DNA of 64,000 nucleotides from Candidatus Parcubacteria bacterium (GTDB lineage Bacteria; Patescibacteriota; Minisyncoccia; UBA6257; HR35), in contig BPJG01000001.1 of assembly GCA_026004495.1 (NCBI GenBank), forward strand, positions 70,470 through 134,469, written 5' to 3'. Positions 19,465 through 29,027 of this stretch are shown piece by piece; the stretch's first letter is position 1; each line of letters begins with the position of its first letter. Made by a program: the position numbers and the translations under genes. The notes under the pieces are model-generated. The model worked only from the letters and a program-made list of their open reading frames with translations, ran no database searches and was not told where the DNA came from.

Positions 19465-20987
19465 TTTTGTTTAATACCTGCCTTAAAATAAATTGGATCT
19501 TCGTAGGGGTGAAGGAAAATTTCTGGTTCTAATTGTTTTTTATATTTTTCTGAAGCCGTTGAATAAAGATGATTATATTCTGTTGAATGTTTAATTAAGG
19601 AGTTTACTACTTCTTTTTTAATTCGTTCTTTTAATTTAAAAGCCGGTTTTATATTCTTTTTCATCTCTATATGAATATGCAATTTTTGATTGTAATTTTT
19701 ATCATAGACAACTTGCATTGTAAATTTACCTGTAATATATTTTTGTAGTTCTGATTTTAATAAAGCTTGTCTAATATATTCAGGATATAAAATAATTCCA
19801 AACAAGGATACAGTAAAGTCAGATCTTTCATAAACATATACGAATGGCAATTTAAGAATTTTATCTTTTATTTTCAACTTCTCAGATTCTTTAAAGATAT
19901 CGATGCCTACTTCTTTTAATCTTTTTATCATTTCATCAAAATAAATAACCCCTCCATAATCAGGGAAACTATATCTTAGAATAGGAATTGAATCTCCATG
20001 TCCCGAGGCCAAGATTAAGCCATCTTTTTCTTCAAACCAAACAATATAAGGATGGTATTGAGCTAAAGTAGGAGTTCTGGTAGCGTCTCTAAAGAGATTT
20101 CTAAAAACTTTATCTTTTTCAACAGCAATGTGCCTTATTAGGTTGGAAAAAGCTGTTTCATGTGCCATAGTTCCAAGTTCAACTGTACCATAAATATTGA
20201 TATTATCATTAAGCATATTTTCAAGATTGACCTTATTAGCGATATACTTTCTAAAGCTTTCAGGAAAGCTTTCAGCAGCATTTAAGATTCTTATTTTGAA
20301 TTTTTTAAATTGAACCCCGGCTGATACTGCTTCGTCGACTAAATCCTTGACAGAAGGAGGATAACCAACAAGAATTATTTGATCGTAATAAAATGATAGT
20401 TTTTGGAAAGTTTTTAATATTAATTCTTTATTTACTCCTATAGGAGCAACTGTTAATGGATATTTTTCGCTGAGTCTGTAGTAAACATAATAATTATGTA
20501 ACCCCCCAATCCATATACCTAATCCAAAGCTCAAAATAACTAAAGTATTAAATTTATTAATACCCCATTGATTTAAAAAGGCAGTTTCTAGTACATACAA
20601 TCCCTGTTCATCCAAATTTTCTCCTCTAATAAAATAAAAAGGCTCACCAGTAGAGCCCGAAGTTGCTGAAATTGTTGTTAGATTTAAATTTTCATTTGGA
20701 TAGAGTTGTTGATAAGGATATTGGCGAAGATAATTATTTTTATTCATAATTGGTAATTTAGCTAAGTCTCTAAAACCAGTAATTTCTCGATAATTAATTC
20801 CATTTTCTTTTAAGAATTGTTTATAAGCTGGTGTTGTTTCAATGGTAAATTTTACTAGTCTATCTATTTGTTTTTTGCCTAAATTCAACCAATAATCAGG
20901 TGGTCGTGTTTTTAATTCCTTCAATCTTTTATCTATGTTTTTGGGATATTTAAAATATATAAATTTTTTGTCCATTATGTTTCCCAT
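19449..20987 (-). CDS. PaaK / coenzyme F390 synthetase-like adenylate-forming ligase
   Basis: TISATSGSTGEPFYF (the SSGTTG-type AMP-binding loop) and PaaK-like N-terminal context. Confidence 0.65.
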   Translation of the reverse strand: MGNIMDKKFIYFKYPKNIDKRLKELKTRPPDYWLNLGKKQIDRLVKFTIETTPAYKQFLKENGINYREITGFRDLAKLPIMNKNNYLRQYPYQQLYPNENLNLTTISATSGSTGEPFYFIRGENLDEQGLYVLETAFLNQWGINKFNTLVILSFGLGIWIGGLHNYYVYYRLSEKYPLTVAPIGVNKELILKTFQKLSFYYDQIILVGYPPSVKDLVDEAVSAGVQFKKFKIRILNAAESFPESFRKYIANKVNLENMLNDNINIYGTVELGTMAHETAFSNLIRHIAVEKDKVFRNLFRDATRTPTLAQYHPYIVWFEEKDGLILASGHGDSIPILRYSFPDYGGVIYFDEMIKRLKEVGIDIFKESEKLKIKDKILKLPFVYVYERSDFTVSLFGIILYPEYIRQALLKSELQKYITGKFTMQVVYDKNYNQKLHIHIEMKKNIKPAFKLKERIKKEVVNSLIKHSTEYNHLYSTASEKYKKQLEPEIFLHPYEDPIYFKAGIKQKWVIK

Positions 20988-22072
20988 TGTATAAAGGGTG
21001 GTTTTTTAACCGAGATGGCCGATGGTGGATCAGCTTTTCCTATTCTCATTACTGCGGTTAAAATATAATTATTTTTATCTACTTTAAATAATTCACATAA
21101 TTTTTGATAAGAATTATTAATAATGTTTAGCTCTTCTTCATTAAAAATATTTTTGTTTCCAAAATTAGCCTGTTGCCAAAAGAAAAATATTCCTGTAATT
21201 AGATGACAAGCTAAGTTTAACTTTGTAGCTCTAAGCCAAATATTTTCTATAAGCCTACCAAGATTTATAAATTCCTTATCATTATTAATAATAGAAAAAC
21301 CAATCATTGTGTTAGTAGCTGAATACATTTTAACTGTGTCTTTATAAATAGTTCTTACGATTCCTAATTTCTTCATTAATTTAAAGAAAGTAGTATTCCT
21401 TAAAAGTTTAATCATTAATATTTGAGGTGGTTTAAACTCCATTGTTTTGATATATAATCCCCTTTCTCCCTTTTGAGCTTTTTCTTTATCAAAAATGATC
21501 TCATTAAAAAGCAATTTTCTAAGATGGTCATTGTTAAAATTCAAATAAGTGTCATAAGCCAATAAACTGCCAATTTCATTTATTAAATCACCTTCAATTA
21601 TTGAAACCTTACAATTAGAGAAAAAATTAACTTCATTTAATAAATATTTTTTTTCTTCTTCTGTTAAGGCCTCTTTTTTGTAATGGTTTCTATTGGTTGT
21701 TCTTTTTTTAATATATTCATATAAGTCATCTTTCTCTTCAACGCCTGACTTTTCTAAAATAATTGAGGCTATGATATTATTTTCAAATTTCTCATTTATT
21801 GTTATTATGGGATTTAATTTATAATGCTTGGCTGTAATTACTATATTTTCAATTAAAGCCCCACAAGCAATTAAAGTACCTCTATTATTGTAATTTAATA
21901 TTGGATGATCTTTTTCTGGTAAATATCTTATTTTTATCGTATTTTGAGAAGCAATAAATTCCCATGGTTGAGAATTGCTTCCAGATGGAGCATTTAAGCT
22001 TTCTTTTAAAATATTTTCTATTAAAGATTTTTCAGGCATTTTTATTAATAATATTTTACAGCATATAATCAA
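20975..22072 (-). CDS. Nitroreductase-superfamily protein, double length (SagB/ThcOx-like dehydrogenase candidate)
   Basis: LNAPSGSNSQPWEF near the N-terminus and a second RTTNR-type motif mid-protein. 365 aa against ~200 aa for a simple nitroreductase. Confidence 0.6.
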   Translation of the reverse strand: MIICCKILLIKMPEKSLIENILKESLNAPSGSNSQPWEFIASQNTIKIRYLPEKDHPILNYNNRGTLIACGALIENIVITAKHYKLNPIITINEKFENNIIASIILEKSGVEEKDDLYEYIKKRTTNRNHYKKEALTEEEKKYLLNEVNFFSNCKVSIIEGDLINEIGSLLAYDTYLNFNNDHLRKLLFNEIIFDKEKAQKGERGLYIKTMEFKPPQILMIKLLRNTTFFKLMKKLGIVRTIYKDTVKMYSATNTMIGFSIINNDKEFINLGRLIENIWLRATKLNLACHLITGIFFFWQQANFGNKNIFNEEELNIINNSYQKLCELFKVDKNNYILTAVMRIGKADPPSAISVKKPPFIQWET

Positions 22073-22075
22073 TAT

Positions 22076-23188
22076 TTACAATTTTTTTAATTTTTTGAGG
22101 AAATATTTTTGTTGTTTTTTAAAATCTTTAGGTAAAATCGATAACATTTTATCAATATTTAATAAAATTCTTCCTTCTTTAATTTTTCCACCAAGAATAA
22201 TTTTTTTTGATAAATAAGAAACAGCTACACCGCATAAAGTTGCAGCATTACCTAATTGTGGCCAAGAATAAATTGTTTTTCCAACTTCTATTAATGAATA
22301 TAACATTCTTGGCGTTGCTAAATTAGCGCCTGCAATTTTGGCTGTAATCTTTATCATATCTTGAGGATTTAAATTTTTTAGATTTTCGGAAGATAAATTT
22401 CCCAAAAGACCATGAAGAATAGGATAATTAGGATTTAAATCGTATCTTTCGATGTCAATTAAAATATTATCGGCATGGTCTGTTGCCATAATTACAGGAA
22501 TTCTATATTTTTTAGCTTTCTCTCTTATTTTTATTTTGAGATAGAGATTATCCATTTCTTCAATTAAAACATCAATTTTAGGTTTAAGTAAAAAATTATC
22601 TATATTTTTATAAGTAATACCTTCTGAATAAATTTTCAAGCTTGCATAAGGATTTATTTCATAAATTTGTTGAGCACAATAAATTGCTTTATTAATTCCA
22701 ATCGACGAAATAGGATAACGTAATCTATTTAAATTAGATAAAGAAATTTCATCATTATCAGCTATTTTCATATATCTAGCTCCACCTATCATTGCGAGTG
22801 TTAAGGCTATATGAGAACCCACACTAAGACCTGCTATCCCTATTCTTGATTTATAAAACTTTATTTGTTCATCTTTGGTTAGAAGGTAAATATTTCTCGC
22901 AGTTTTAGTTTCAAAAAATTCTTTTTCATCTAAACAGTGAATTAATTTTTTATTCCAGGGGAAATATATCCATTTACCAACTTTATCTAATGTTTTATTT
23001 TTTAATTTTTTCTTTAAAAAATTTTCAAAATCTTGTTGATATTCTTTGATAAATTTATATTTAGGATTTTTAATTAAAAAATAATCTTCTAATTGTTTTT
23101 CGTAATTATCTATGATTTCTGATGGGTTTAATCTCTTTTTTAATAGCTCTAAACTTATATGATGAGCGTTAAAAATTAATGGCTTCAT
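22076..23188 (-). CDS. E1-like ThiF/MoeB/HesA family adenylyltransferase with a ~100-aa N-terminal extension
   Basis: IGIAGLSVGSHIALTLAMIGGARYMKIADNDEISLSNLNRL, a Gly-rich nucleotide loop plus the D-x-D...SNLNR motif. Confidence 0.75.
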   Translation of the reverse strand: MKPLIFNAHHISLELLKKRLNPSEIIDNYEKQLEDYFLIKNPKYKFIKEYQQDFENFLKKKLKNKTLDKVGKWIYFPWNKKLIHCLDEKEFFETKTARNIYLLTKDEQIKFYKSRIGIAGLSVGSHIALTLAMIGGARYMKIADNDEISLSNLNRLRYPISSIGINKAIYCAQQIYEINPYASLKIYSEGITYKNIDNFLLKPKIDVLIEEMDNLYLKIKIREKAKKYRIPVIMATDHADNILIDIERYDLNPNYPILHGLLGNLSSENLKNLNPQDMIKITAKIAGANLATPRMLYSLIEVGKTIYSWPQLGNAATLCGVAVSYLSKKIILGGKIKEGRILLNIDKMLSILPKDFKKQQKYFLKKLKKL

Positions 23189-23212
23189 TGTCTAATTTGA
23201 ATATTATTTTAA

Positions 23213-23223
23213 ATTATATCACA
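23213..23223 (-). promoter_or_regulatory. Extended -10 element (TGATATAAT on the minus strand), about 25 nt upstream of the E1-like gene start
   Basis: Reverse complement of plus-strand 23213-23223 is TGTGATATAAT. Confidence 0.4.
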
Positions 23224-23272
23224 ATCAATATAGTTTTTAAAAAATTATTTATTTTTTACTTATTTATTTCTC

Positions 23273-23288
23273 AATTTCTTAAGAAATT
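23273..23288. promoter_or_regulatory. 16-bp perfect palindrome AATTTCTTAAGAAATT, a candidate operator upstream of the operon promoter
   Basis: Perfect dyad symmetry read directly from the sequence. Confidence 0.35.
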
Positions 23289-23427
23289 AAGAAAAACAAA
23301 ATTTTCTAATTTAATACATACGATGTCTTATTAATTTTTTTCATTATTCATCTCTATAGCAGAAAATAATGAAAATGCTTTGGAGTTTTGGAAAAATAAT
23401 AAAAACTTTGAATAAGGAGGTAAGACC

Positions 23428-23580
23428 ATGAGAGCCGTTCGAGTTGAAGAGCTAGAAATAATTTGTCACGAAGTAAGGCGCCGGATGTTCCAAACCATCC
23501 TCAATGCGGGAAGCGGTCATCTCTGTAGTTCGTCTTCCTCTGTGGAATGCATTTTTAGAAGTCTACAGAAATTTATAAAT
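23428..23580 (+). pseudogene. Transketolase / DXP-synthase N-terminal fragment (~45 aa of homology) behind a strong AAGGAGGT SD, then degenerate
   Basis: MRAVRVEELEIICHEVRRRMFQTILNAGSGHLCSSSSSVECIF resembles the SGHxGxSLSxxEI motif of transketolase N-termini. The ORF stops after 76 aa. Confidence 0.4.
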
Positions 23581-23893
23581 CTATATGTCTTCTGTTTAAT
23601 TTGTTTTGGTAATGTAAAATCCCATTCAGAATCTATACCCGGAGAACTGAAAGTATAAAGAAGTGATAGTCTGCTGTTTATAGAACTAGTAATTTCAAGA
23701 AGATGAGATAGAGTCATCCCATATCCGATAGAAGCAGAAACTGGTTTCTGGCTATTGTAATTGATCCCAAAAAGAAGTATTCTGCTGTCGATAAATTGTG
23801 TGGTAGTAAAATTGCTTCCGTGTATATTCTTTTGCCTACCCAGTTTTGTAGATGCCTCTCGACAAAAAATATATCAACGGCTAAAATTTATTG

Positions 23894-24723
23894 CTAAATT
23901 GAATAAAGCTCGTTGGCAATTGATGAAACCTTTTCATTTGGGTTTTTTATTTTGTGTAAAAACTCCTTGAAAACACCTCGCGCATTTGACTGATTGATTT
24001 CTAAATTTTTTAAGTAAGGGTATATTGCATTAAAAATACTAAGAAATTCTGAGTCAAACATTTGATCTATAACGCGGTCGCTCATGTTTGTACCAATTCA
24101 ATTATATCTCTCAAATGACCATTCGTCGTCTAGTTTTTCTAATGAGTCAGCAACCATGGCTTTTGCACCTGGAGGCGAAAATTTTTTTCATTTAGTTGCT
24201 TTACAGCTGGATCTTTGAATAACGGGTTAGGATAATTTAATGATTTTTCTCCGTTATGTTTAACGATAAATCTTTTCTCCTTGTAGATATCAAAGACCGA
24301 ACGAACGAATTCCTGATACAATTTGTTGTTTGTATTGAAGTAATTGTCGTAATCACAGCTTATCTGAATACTTTTCAAATCTTTCAGAATTACATCGCTA
24401 AAATAATTCAGAACGCTTATTGGTTCAGTAAATTTATACAAGTGACTTTTCGGGATCTTATAAAAATTGAAAATAAGATCTAATGTTCTTTGATCTGTAT
24501 CATTTAGTTTTCGTTTTTGTAGAAAATTTGATACTGCATTGGCAATTTTAAAAACGGTAGAACCGCTATAATGCATGCAAATTGGGAATCGAACAGAAAA
24601 TCCCTGTTTTCGTTTCCATCTAGCCCAAACGTCAGCCAATACAAAAATCCTTGCATGACTTAAACTCAGCGGGCACACCGGATGCATGTGAGCAATATCA
24701 ATAAAATATTTTTTATCTTCCAT
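23894..24723 (-). pseudogene. N-terminal fragment of a class I aminoacyl-tRNA synthetase (MetRS-like), split by a frameshift/stop near 24086-24139, with a degenerate HIGH motif
   Basis: LADVWARWKRKQGFSVRFPICMHYSGST matches MetRS ADVWVRYQRMRGHEVNF. CDYDNYFNTNNKLYQEFVRSVFDIYKEKRFI matches MetRS YDNYHSTHSEEN...GFI. Only ~260 aa are present, against more than 500 expected. GC is higher than the surroundings. Confidence 0.5.
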
Positions 24724-24726
24724 AGC

Positions 24727-25341
24727 TTATATAAATAACGGTTTTATTTTTTCAAAAATTTTTCGGTGCCCAATTTCGTTAGGATGAATACCATCTTCGG
24801 AAAGCAACCCTAGATAATCAGACCTTAGCCATTCTTCAGCAATACTCAAAAAGGCGATATTCTTTTTTTTACACTCATCGCCAATGATCTTTTCATACGT
24901 TACGATTTTTTCATTCAAAAAATATACATTGTCCAATGGTGTTGTTTTTCGTTCGTCAACCGGGGTTAAACCAACGAAAATAATGTGATTGGTGTATTTA
25001 CTTGCGTTCTTAATGAGAAGTCTTATATTGTTTTTGAAGCCTTCTGCATTTGTAATAGGGTTGTCTATGGATTCGACGCATTTTGTATCGTTGATACCTA
25101 CTGCGAAAATGATAGAGGAATGATCGTCGGGATAAATTTTTCTACATCTTGCTTCAGCCTCAATTGGAAGTCGTTTAATAACTTCATTGGTTGATTCACC
25201 CGAGATGCTTAAATTATGGGTAAGAGTAAAATCTTTATCTTTTTTATCAAATTGTTGAATTAAAAGAGAGGGCCAAGATTTTATTTTTTCCACTTTTCTA
25301 CCCGCCGCTATGCTGTCTCCAAAAATTAGTATGTTGTACAT
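24727..25341 (-). CDS. SGNH/GDSL-family hydrolase
   Basis: N-terminus IFGDSIA (GDS motif) and C-terminus DGIHPN (catalytic His block). Confidence 0.68.
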   Translation of the reverse strand: MYNILIFGDSIAAGRKVEKIKSWPSLLIQQFDKKDKDFTLTHNLSISGESTNEVIKRLPIEAEARCRKIYPDDHSSIIFAVGINDTKCVESIDNPITNAEGFKNNIRLLIKNASKYTNHIIFVGLTPVDERKTTPLDNVYFLNEKIVTYEKIIGDECKKKNIAFLSIAEEWLRSDYLGLLSEDGIHPNEIGHRKIFEKIKPLFI

Positions 25342-25412
25342 TAATTATTTTAAATTAAGTTTAATTTTTTATTTGTACGAATTATCTAATATAATAATGA
25401 CCTAATTATAAC

Positions 25413-26177
25413 TTAAAAATCAATAAATTTAAAAAGGAAAGGGAAAGATGGTGATCCAAGAAATATAGAAGTGCGTAAGTCCTCAAATCGCACCCCTTTT
25501 TCATTACTTTGAATGATTAACTTATATTTTTTGAGGTTCCAATAAGTCTTTATAAAGTTTCTTATTGCTTCTCGTCTGATTTGTTCTATAATCTTTTCAT
25601 AATAATTATCTAGAAATAATTTCTTAAAATAAAATAAAGCGTAAAGATTATCAAGAAAATAATCTCGAGGATCATCCATAACCAAATTGTTTCTATTAAT
25701 CAAATATTTTTTAATTAACTTAATTTCTTCAACTTCAGGTAGAATTTTTATTTCATTAAAAATAATATTTAAAATCTCCCTAATATTTTTTAGATCACTG
25801 CTAAATTCTATATAAACATAACCAAAATTATTGCCAGCTAGATAAGATCCAGAATAAACATCATAAATCAGACCATTTTCTTGTCTTAAAATTTTAAATA
25901 ATCTACTATTTTGCGGACCAGCTAATGTATTTAAAATAACCCCTTGTAAAATTGAATTCTCAACCCCAGTTTTTCTACTAATAGAAGGAATAATTAGACT
26001 AACACTTATGGTTTTTAGGTTGTGGTTGTGATTAAAAGCAAAATTTTTATTAAACCAATCTTTAGAATTAATGTGGATATCAATAGCTTTGGGATTTTTC
26101 TCAATATTATCAAATTGTTTATTCAATATATTTTTTAATTTATTAATCTTAAAGCCCCCTGTTATTGCTAAAATCAA
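25413..26177 (-). pseudogene. C-terminal (inactive-domain) half of an M16 family peptidase. It starts at TTG and the N-terminal catalytic half is absent
   Basis: ILNTLAGPQNSRLFKILRQENGLIYDVYSGSY..GNNFGYVYIEFSSDLKNIREI matches the M16 C-terminal domain consensus (GGGMSSRLFQELRE..GLAYSVYS). Confidence 0.45.
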
Positions 26178-26497
26178 TTGACTTCTCGAAATAATCTAAT
26201 ACAGTTACTACTGTCCCTTCTTTCGCCATCAAGGAAGATTCGTAACCTCCGCCACAACCGCATTCTATGCATTTTAAATTTATAAAATTTCCTATTATCG
26301 ATTTATAGTGATTATTTAATGCTTCGTTACAATAAAAATCCCATTTATCATTAATTTCAAATATATCGCCATGTTTTTTATAATAATTTAATCATTTTTT
26401 CCCAGTGATTATCCCAAAAGCGTCTTTCATCTAAAGCAAAGTCTTTTCGATGAAAAAATAATAAATCTATTATTTTTGTTAGCCATCTGTTAATCAT
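26170..26497 (-). pseudogene. Frameshifted N-terminal fragment of a class I SAM-dependent methyltransferase
   Basis: Two frames together read MINRWLTKIIDLLFFHRKDFALDERRFWDNHWEK... and ...CIECGCGGGYESSLMAKEGTVVTVLDYFEKSI (motif I), then terminate. Confidence 0.4.
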
Positions 26498-26860
26498 TTT
26501 TTTATTAATCTTTTTATTATTTTTAGGGGCCTAAAATTTCTACTTATTTCTTCAAAATTTTTTTTACATATATCTCTATTATCTTTTGGGTAGTTACAAA
26601 GATAAATATCTAAAGTAAGGTAATTCAATTCAGGCCAAGTATGAATAGTAATGTGAGATTCAACCAAGCTAATCGGATCAGTGAAACCACCAGCAGAAAA
26701 TTTATAATAAAAGGATCCTAATTCGTGTATATTATATTTTTTAACAATGTTGTGAATGTATTTTTTCGTTTGATTTAAAGATTTCAGTTCTTCAACTTCT
26801 TTTGTGGTAATTTCTCCTAATATATGAAGTCTGGTAAATGGTCCGTTCTTGTTTTATTCA
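26494..26860 (-). pseudogene. Second S-adenosylmethionine decarboxylase (speH-type) copy with a 1-nt frameshift near its 5' end
   Basis: LVESHITIHTWPELNYLTLDIYLCNYP carries the AdoMetDC signature. The ATG at 26858-26860 is in the +1 frame relative to the body (MNKTRTDHLPDFIY* versus NGPFTRLHILGEITTKE). Confidence 0.5.
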
Positions 26861-26885
26861 TACACATCCTTTTATTGAATGATAA

Positions 26886-27920
26886 CTAATGTGTTCCTTT
26901 TTCTACAATTTCAAAAAGGTTTTTTGAGCAATCAATTACGGCCTTAACACCTAATGGTATTGTAAGTATAGGATCAGTATGGCCTATATCAACATTAGCA
27001 AGAATTGGAAATTTATAACCAGTAGTTCTTATTTTAACTAATCTTATGGCTTCTTTTTTTTCTTTATCAGAATAACCAAAAAACCTTCCAATTATCATTC
27101 CTTTGACTTTTTTAAAAATACCAGATAACTCAAGATCAGTTAAATAAGAATCTATATTTTCTATTCTTTCTCCTCTTGTAAAGTCATTATCACTCTCTGG
27201 TATCTCCCAAAAAAGAATTTTGTTAGTAAAATCAGGCCAATATTTTGTCCCTCTTAAATGCATCATTGAAGTAATACAGCCACCCAAAATTGGTCCTTCT
27301 ACTTTACCTTGTTTTAACCATTGCCAACCTTTGTTCTTTTTCATTTTTCTTGGTCTTCTTAGATCTTCTTTTTTAAACCAATCAAGAATTTCATAGGTCC
27401 AACAAGAAGAAGGCTTAATCACACCGATAGGTTTGTCTTCCATTAATGCTTTTTTAAAATATTCTTCAGTATAAGGGAGTATTCTTGGGTTTTCTGCAAA
27501 TTGAGTAAGAGCTGCTGGCCCATAAAATGTTATTAAATTTGCCTGGGTATAAAACGCAAAATGTAAAACTGTAGCGTCGGAATAACCAACAAAAATTTTT
27601 GGGTTTTTCTTTATGAGATTAAAATCTAAATATTTTAAAACTTGATTAGAGTGATTTCCTCCTATAAAACAAATTATTGCTTTAACTTCTTTATCTTTAA
27701 AAAATAAATTAATATCTTCTGCTCTTTCCTTAGGCGAACCGGCAGTATAACCAGTAATATTTAAAGCATTTTTACCAATTTTAACTTTAAATCCCATATT
27801 GTTTAACATTTTAATAGCTCTTTTTGTTCTGTGTGGTACTAAACCAGCAAGTGGGGCTGATGGACTTATTAATCCGATTGTATCTCCTAATTTAAGTTTT
27901 GGTGGTTTAATTAATTTCAT
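26886..27920 (-). CDS. LD-carboxypeptidase (peptidase S66, LdcA/MccF family)
   Basis: LKLGDTIGLISPS... layout and length (344 aa) are typical of S66. Confidence 0.75.
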   Translation of the reverse strand: MKLIKPPKLKLGDTIGLISPSAPLAGLVPHRTKRAIKMLNNMGFKVKIGKNALNITGYTAGSPKERAEDINLFFKDKEVKAIICFIGGNHSNQVLKYLDFNLIKKNPKIFVGYSDATVLHFAFYTQANLITFYGPAALTQFAENPRILPYTEEYFKKALMEDKPIGVIKPSSCWTYEILDWFKKEDLRRPRKMKKNKGWQWLKQGKVEGPILGGCITSMMHLRGTKYWPDFTNKILFWEIPESDNDFTRGERIENIDSYLTDLELSGIFKKVKGMIIGRFFGYSDKEKKEAIRLVKIRTTGYKFPILANVDIGHTDPILTIPLGVKAVIDCSKNLFEIVEKGTH

Positions 27921-27933
27921 ACCTATTTTAAAG

Positions 27934-28227
27934 CTATTGGAAAATTATGGATGAATTTGACCCTCTACACATAGGAATGGTTTTGTTTCCCAGATAAAAG
28001 GTAATTTTAAAATTACCTGGATAAATCTTTCTATCCCCATTCCCCAACCGCAGTGAATTTTTTGTTTTTTTACTACTCTTGAATCGATATATGGTTGATA
28101 ATCTGTATAACATAGCCCCTTTATATATAACAAAATCTTTGTCTTTAATAATATCTAAAATTACTCCTCTTAATTCATTGTAGGCTATATCAGTGCAGTC
28201 AGTTATAAAAACAATTCGCTTTTTCAT
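27934..28227 (-). pseudogene. Chimeric remnant: DUF62 (SAM hydroxide adenosyltransferase) N-terminus in one frame and a class II aaRS (Asp/Asn/Lys-type) motif-3 C-terminus in the overlapping frame
   Basis: MKKRIVFITDCTDIAYNELRGVILDII resembles DUF62 TDFG..D.YVG..KGVIL. The overlapping 62-aa frame has HCGWGMGIERFIQVIL, matching class II motif 3 (GGFGLGLERLV). Confidence 0.4.
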
Positions 28228-28229
28228 AA

Positions 28230-29027
28230 TTAAATTAAATTTAAATTAATTATTCGTTTTTTATCAAAAAGTTTTTTAAAATCGTGTCCAATCTTGTCCA
28301 TCAAAAAAACTTTTGCTTTAGAACATTTTGTTCTTTGAAAAAAAATAGAACTGGTGTAGTTAATTGTTTCATCTGATTTACCGTGAAATATAATGATGTT
28401 AGGGTAATTTTTATCCATTTTGATAAAAGAGTCAGCCTCCTTGCCGGAAAAATATTTATCCCAACATTTATTTTCTATTCCCCTGAAAGCAAATTTATAA
28501 CCTCTTCTAAGAAATTCGAGGAAAGATATATTGAATTCATAAAATGCTTCTATATTTTTTGGGTTTTCTAGATATGCTAAAACCTCTTTTTTATGTAAAA
28601 ATAGTAAAGGAGCAAATAATAAAACATTCTTTACATCATTTTTGGATACTTTTGCAGAGATAACCGGATTACCAGCAAAACTGTAACCAATTAAATGTAG
28701 ATTTTTGTAATTCCAATATATCTCTTTATTGTCAAAAGTTTTTATCCCTTTTTTCTTTTTTACGAACTCAACTGCTAATTCTACAGTTTTTTTGCAGTTC
28801 TTATAGGTAAAACTGCCTCCACTTAACCAGCTTCCCAGATAATAAACGCTGAAGAAAGCAGTTTTTTTATCTACCTTATCAATAAAAAAATCTTTATCGA
28901 TTATTTGCGGTAACCCAGGGAAATAAATAAAAATATTTTCGACATTTACCTTGCCATTGTTAAAACTATCTTTTGTATAGTAGAAATGCAGTGCTACATT
29001 TTTATAGATAAAAAGTTCTAATTCCAT
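28230..29027 (-). CDS. Alpha/beta-hydrolase fold protein
   Basis: GYSFAG nucleophile elbow, FHGKSDE and GHDF blocks. Confidence 0.6.
   Translation of the reverse strand: MELELFIYKNVALHFYYTKDSFNNGKVNVENIFIYFPGLPQIIDKDFFIDKVDKKTAFFSVYYLGSWLSGGSFTYKNCKKTVELAVEFVKKKKGIKTFDNKEIYWNYKNLHLIGYSFAGNPVISAKVSKNDVKNVLLFAPLLFLHKKEVLAYLENPKNIEAFYEFNISFLEFLRRGYKFAFRGIENKCWDKYFSGKEADSFIKMDKNYPNIIIFHGKSDETINYTSSIFFQRTKCSKAKVFLMDKIGHDFKKLFDKKRIINLNLI

Noticed and set aside
21975-22217. ORF 21975-22217 (+)
   Set aside because: It is antisense and spans the junction of the nitroreductase-like and E1-like genes. It has no start context.
23368-23430. 20-aa ORF MKMLWSFGKIIKTLNKEVRP as a possible precursor peptide for the E1-like operon
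   Set aside because: It is on the opposite strand to the operon. It overlaps the SD of the transketolase remnant. It has no Cys/Ser/Thr-rich core or leader features.
23517-24085. ORFs 23517-23717 (-), 23761-23970 (+) and 23894-24085 (-) as independent genes
   Set aside because: They lie in the decayed GC-richer segment. 23894-24085 is the downstream piece of the MetRS-like pseudogene. The others have no recognisable similarity.
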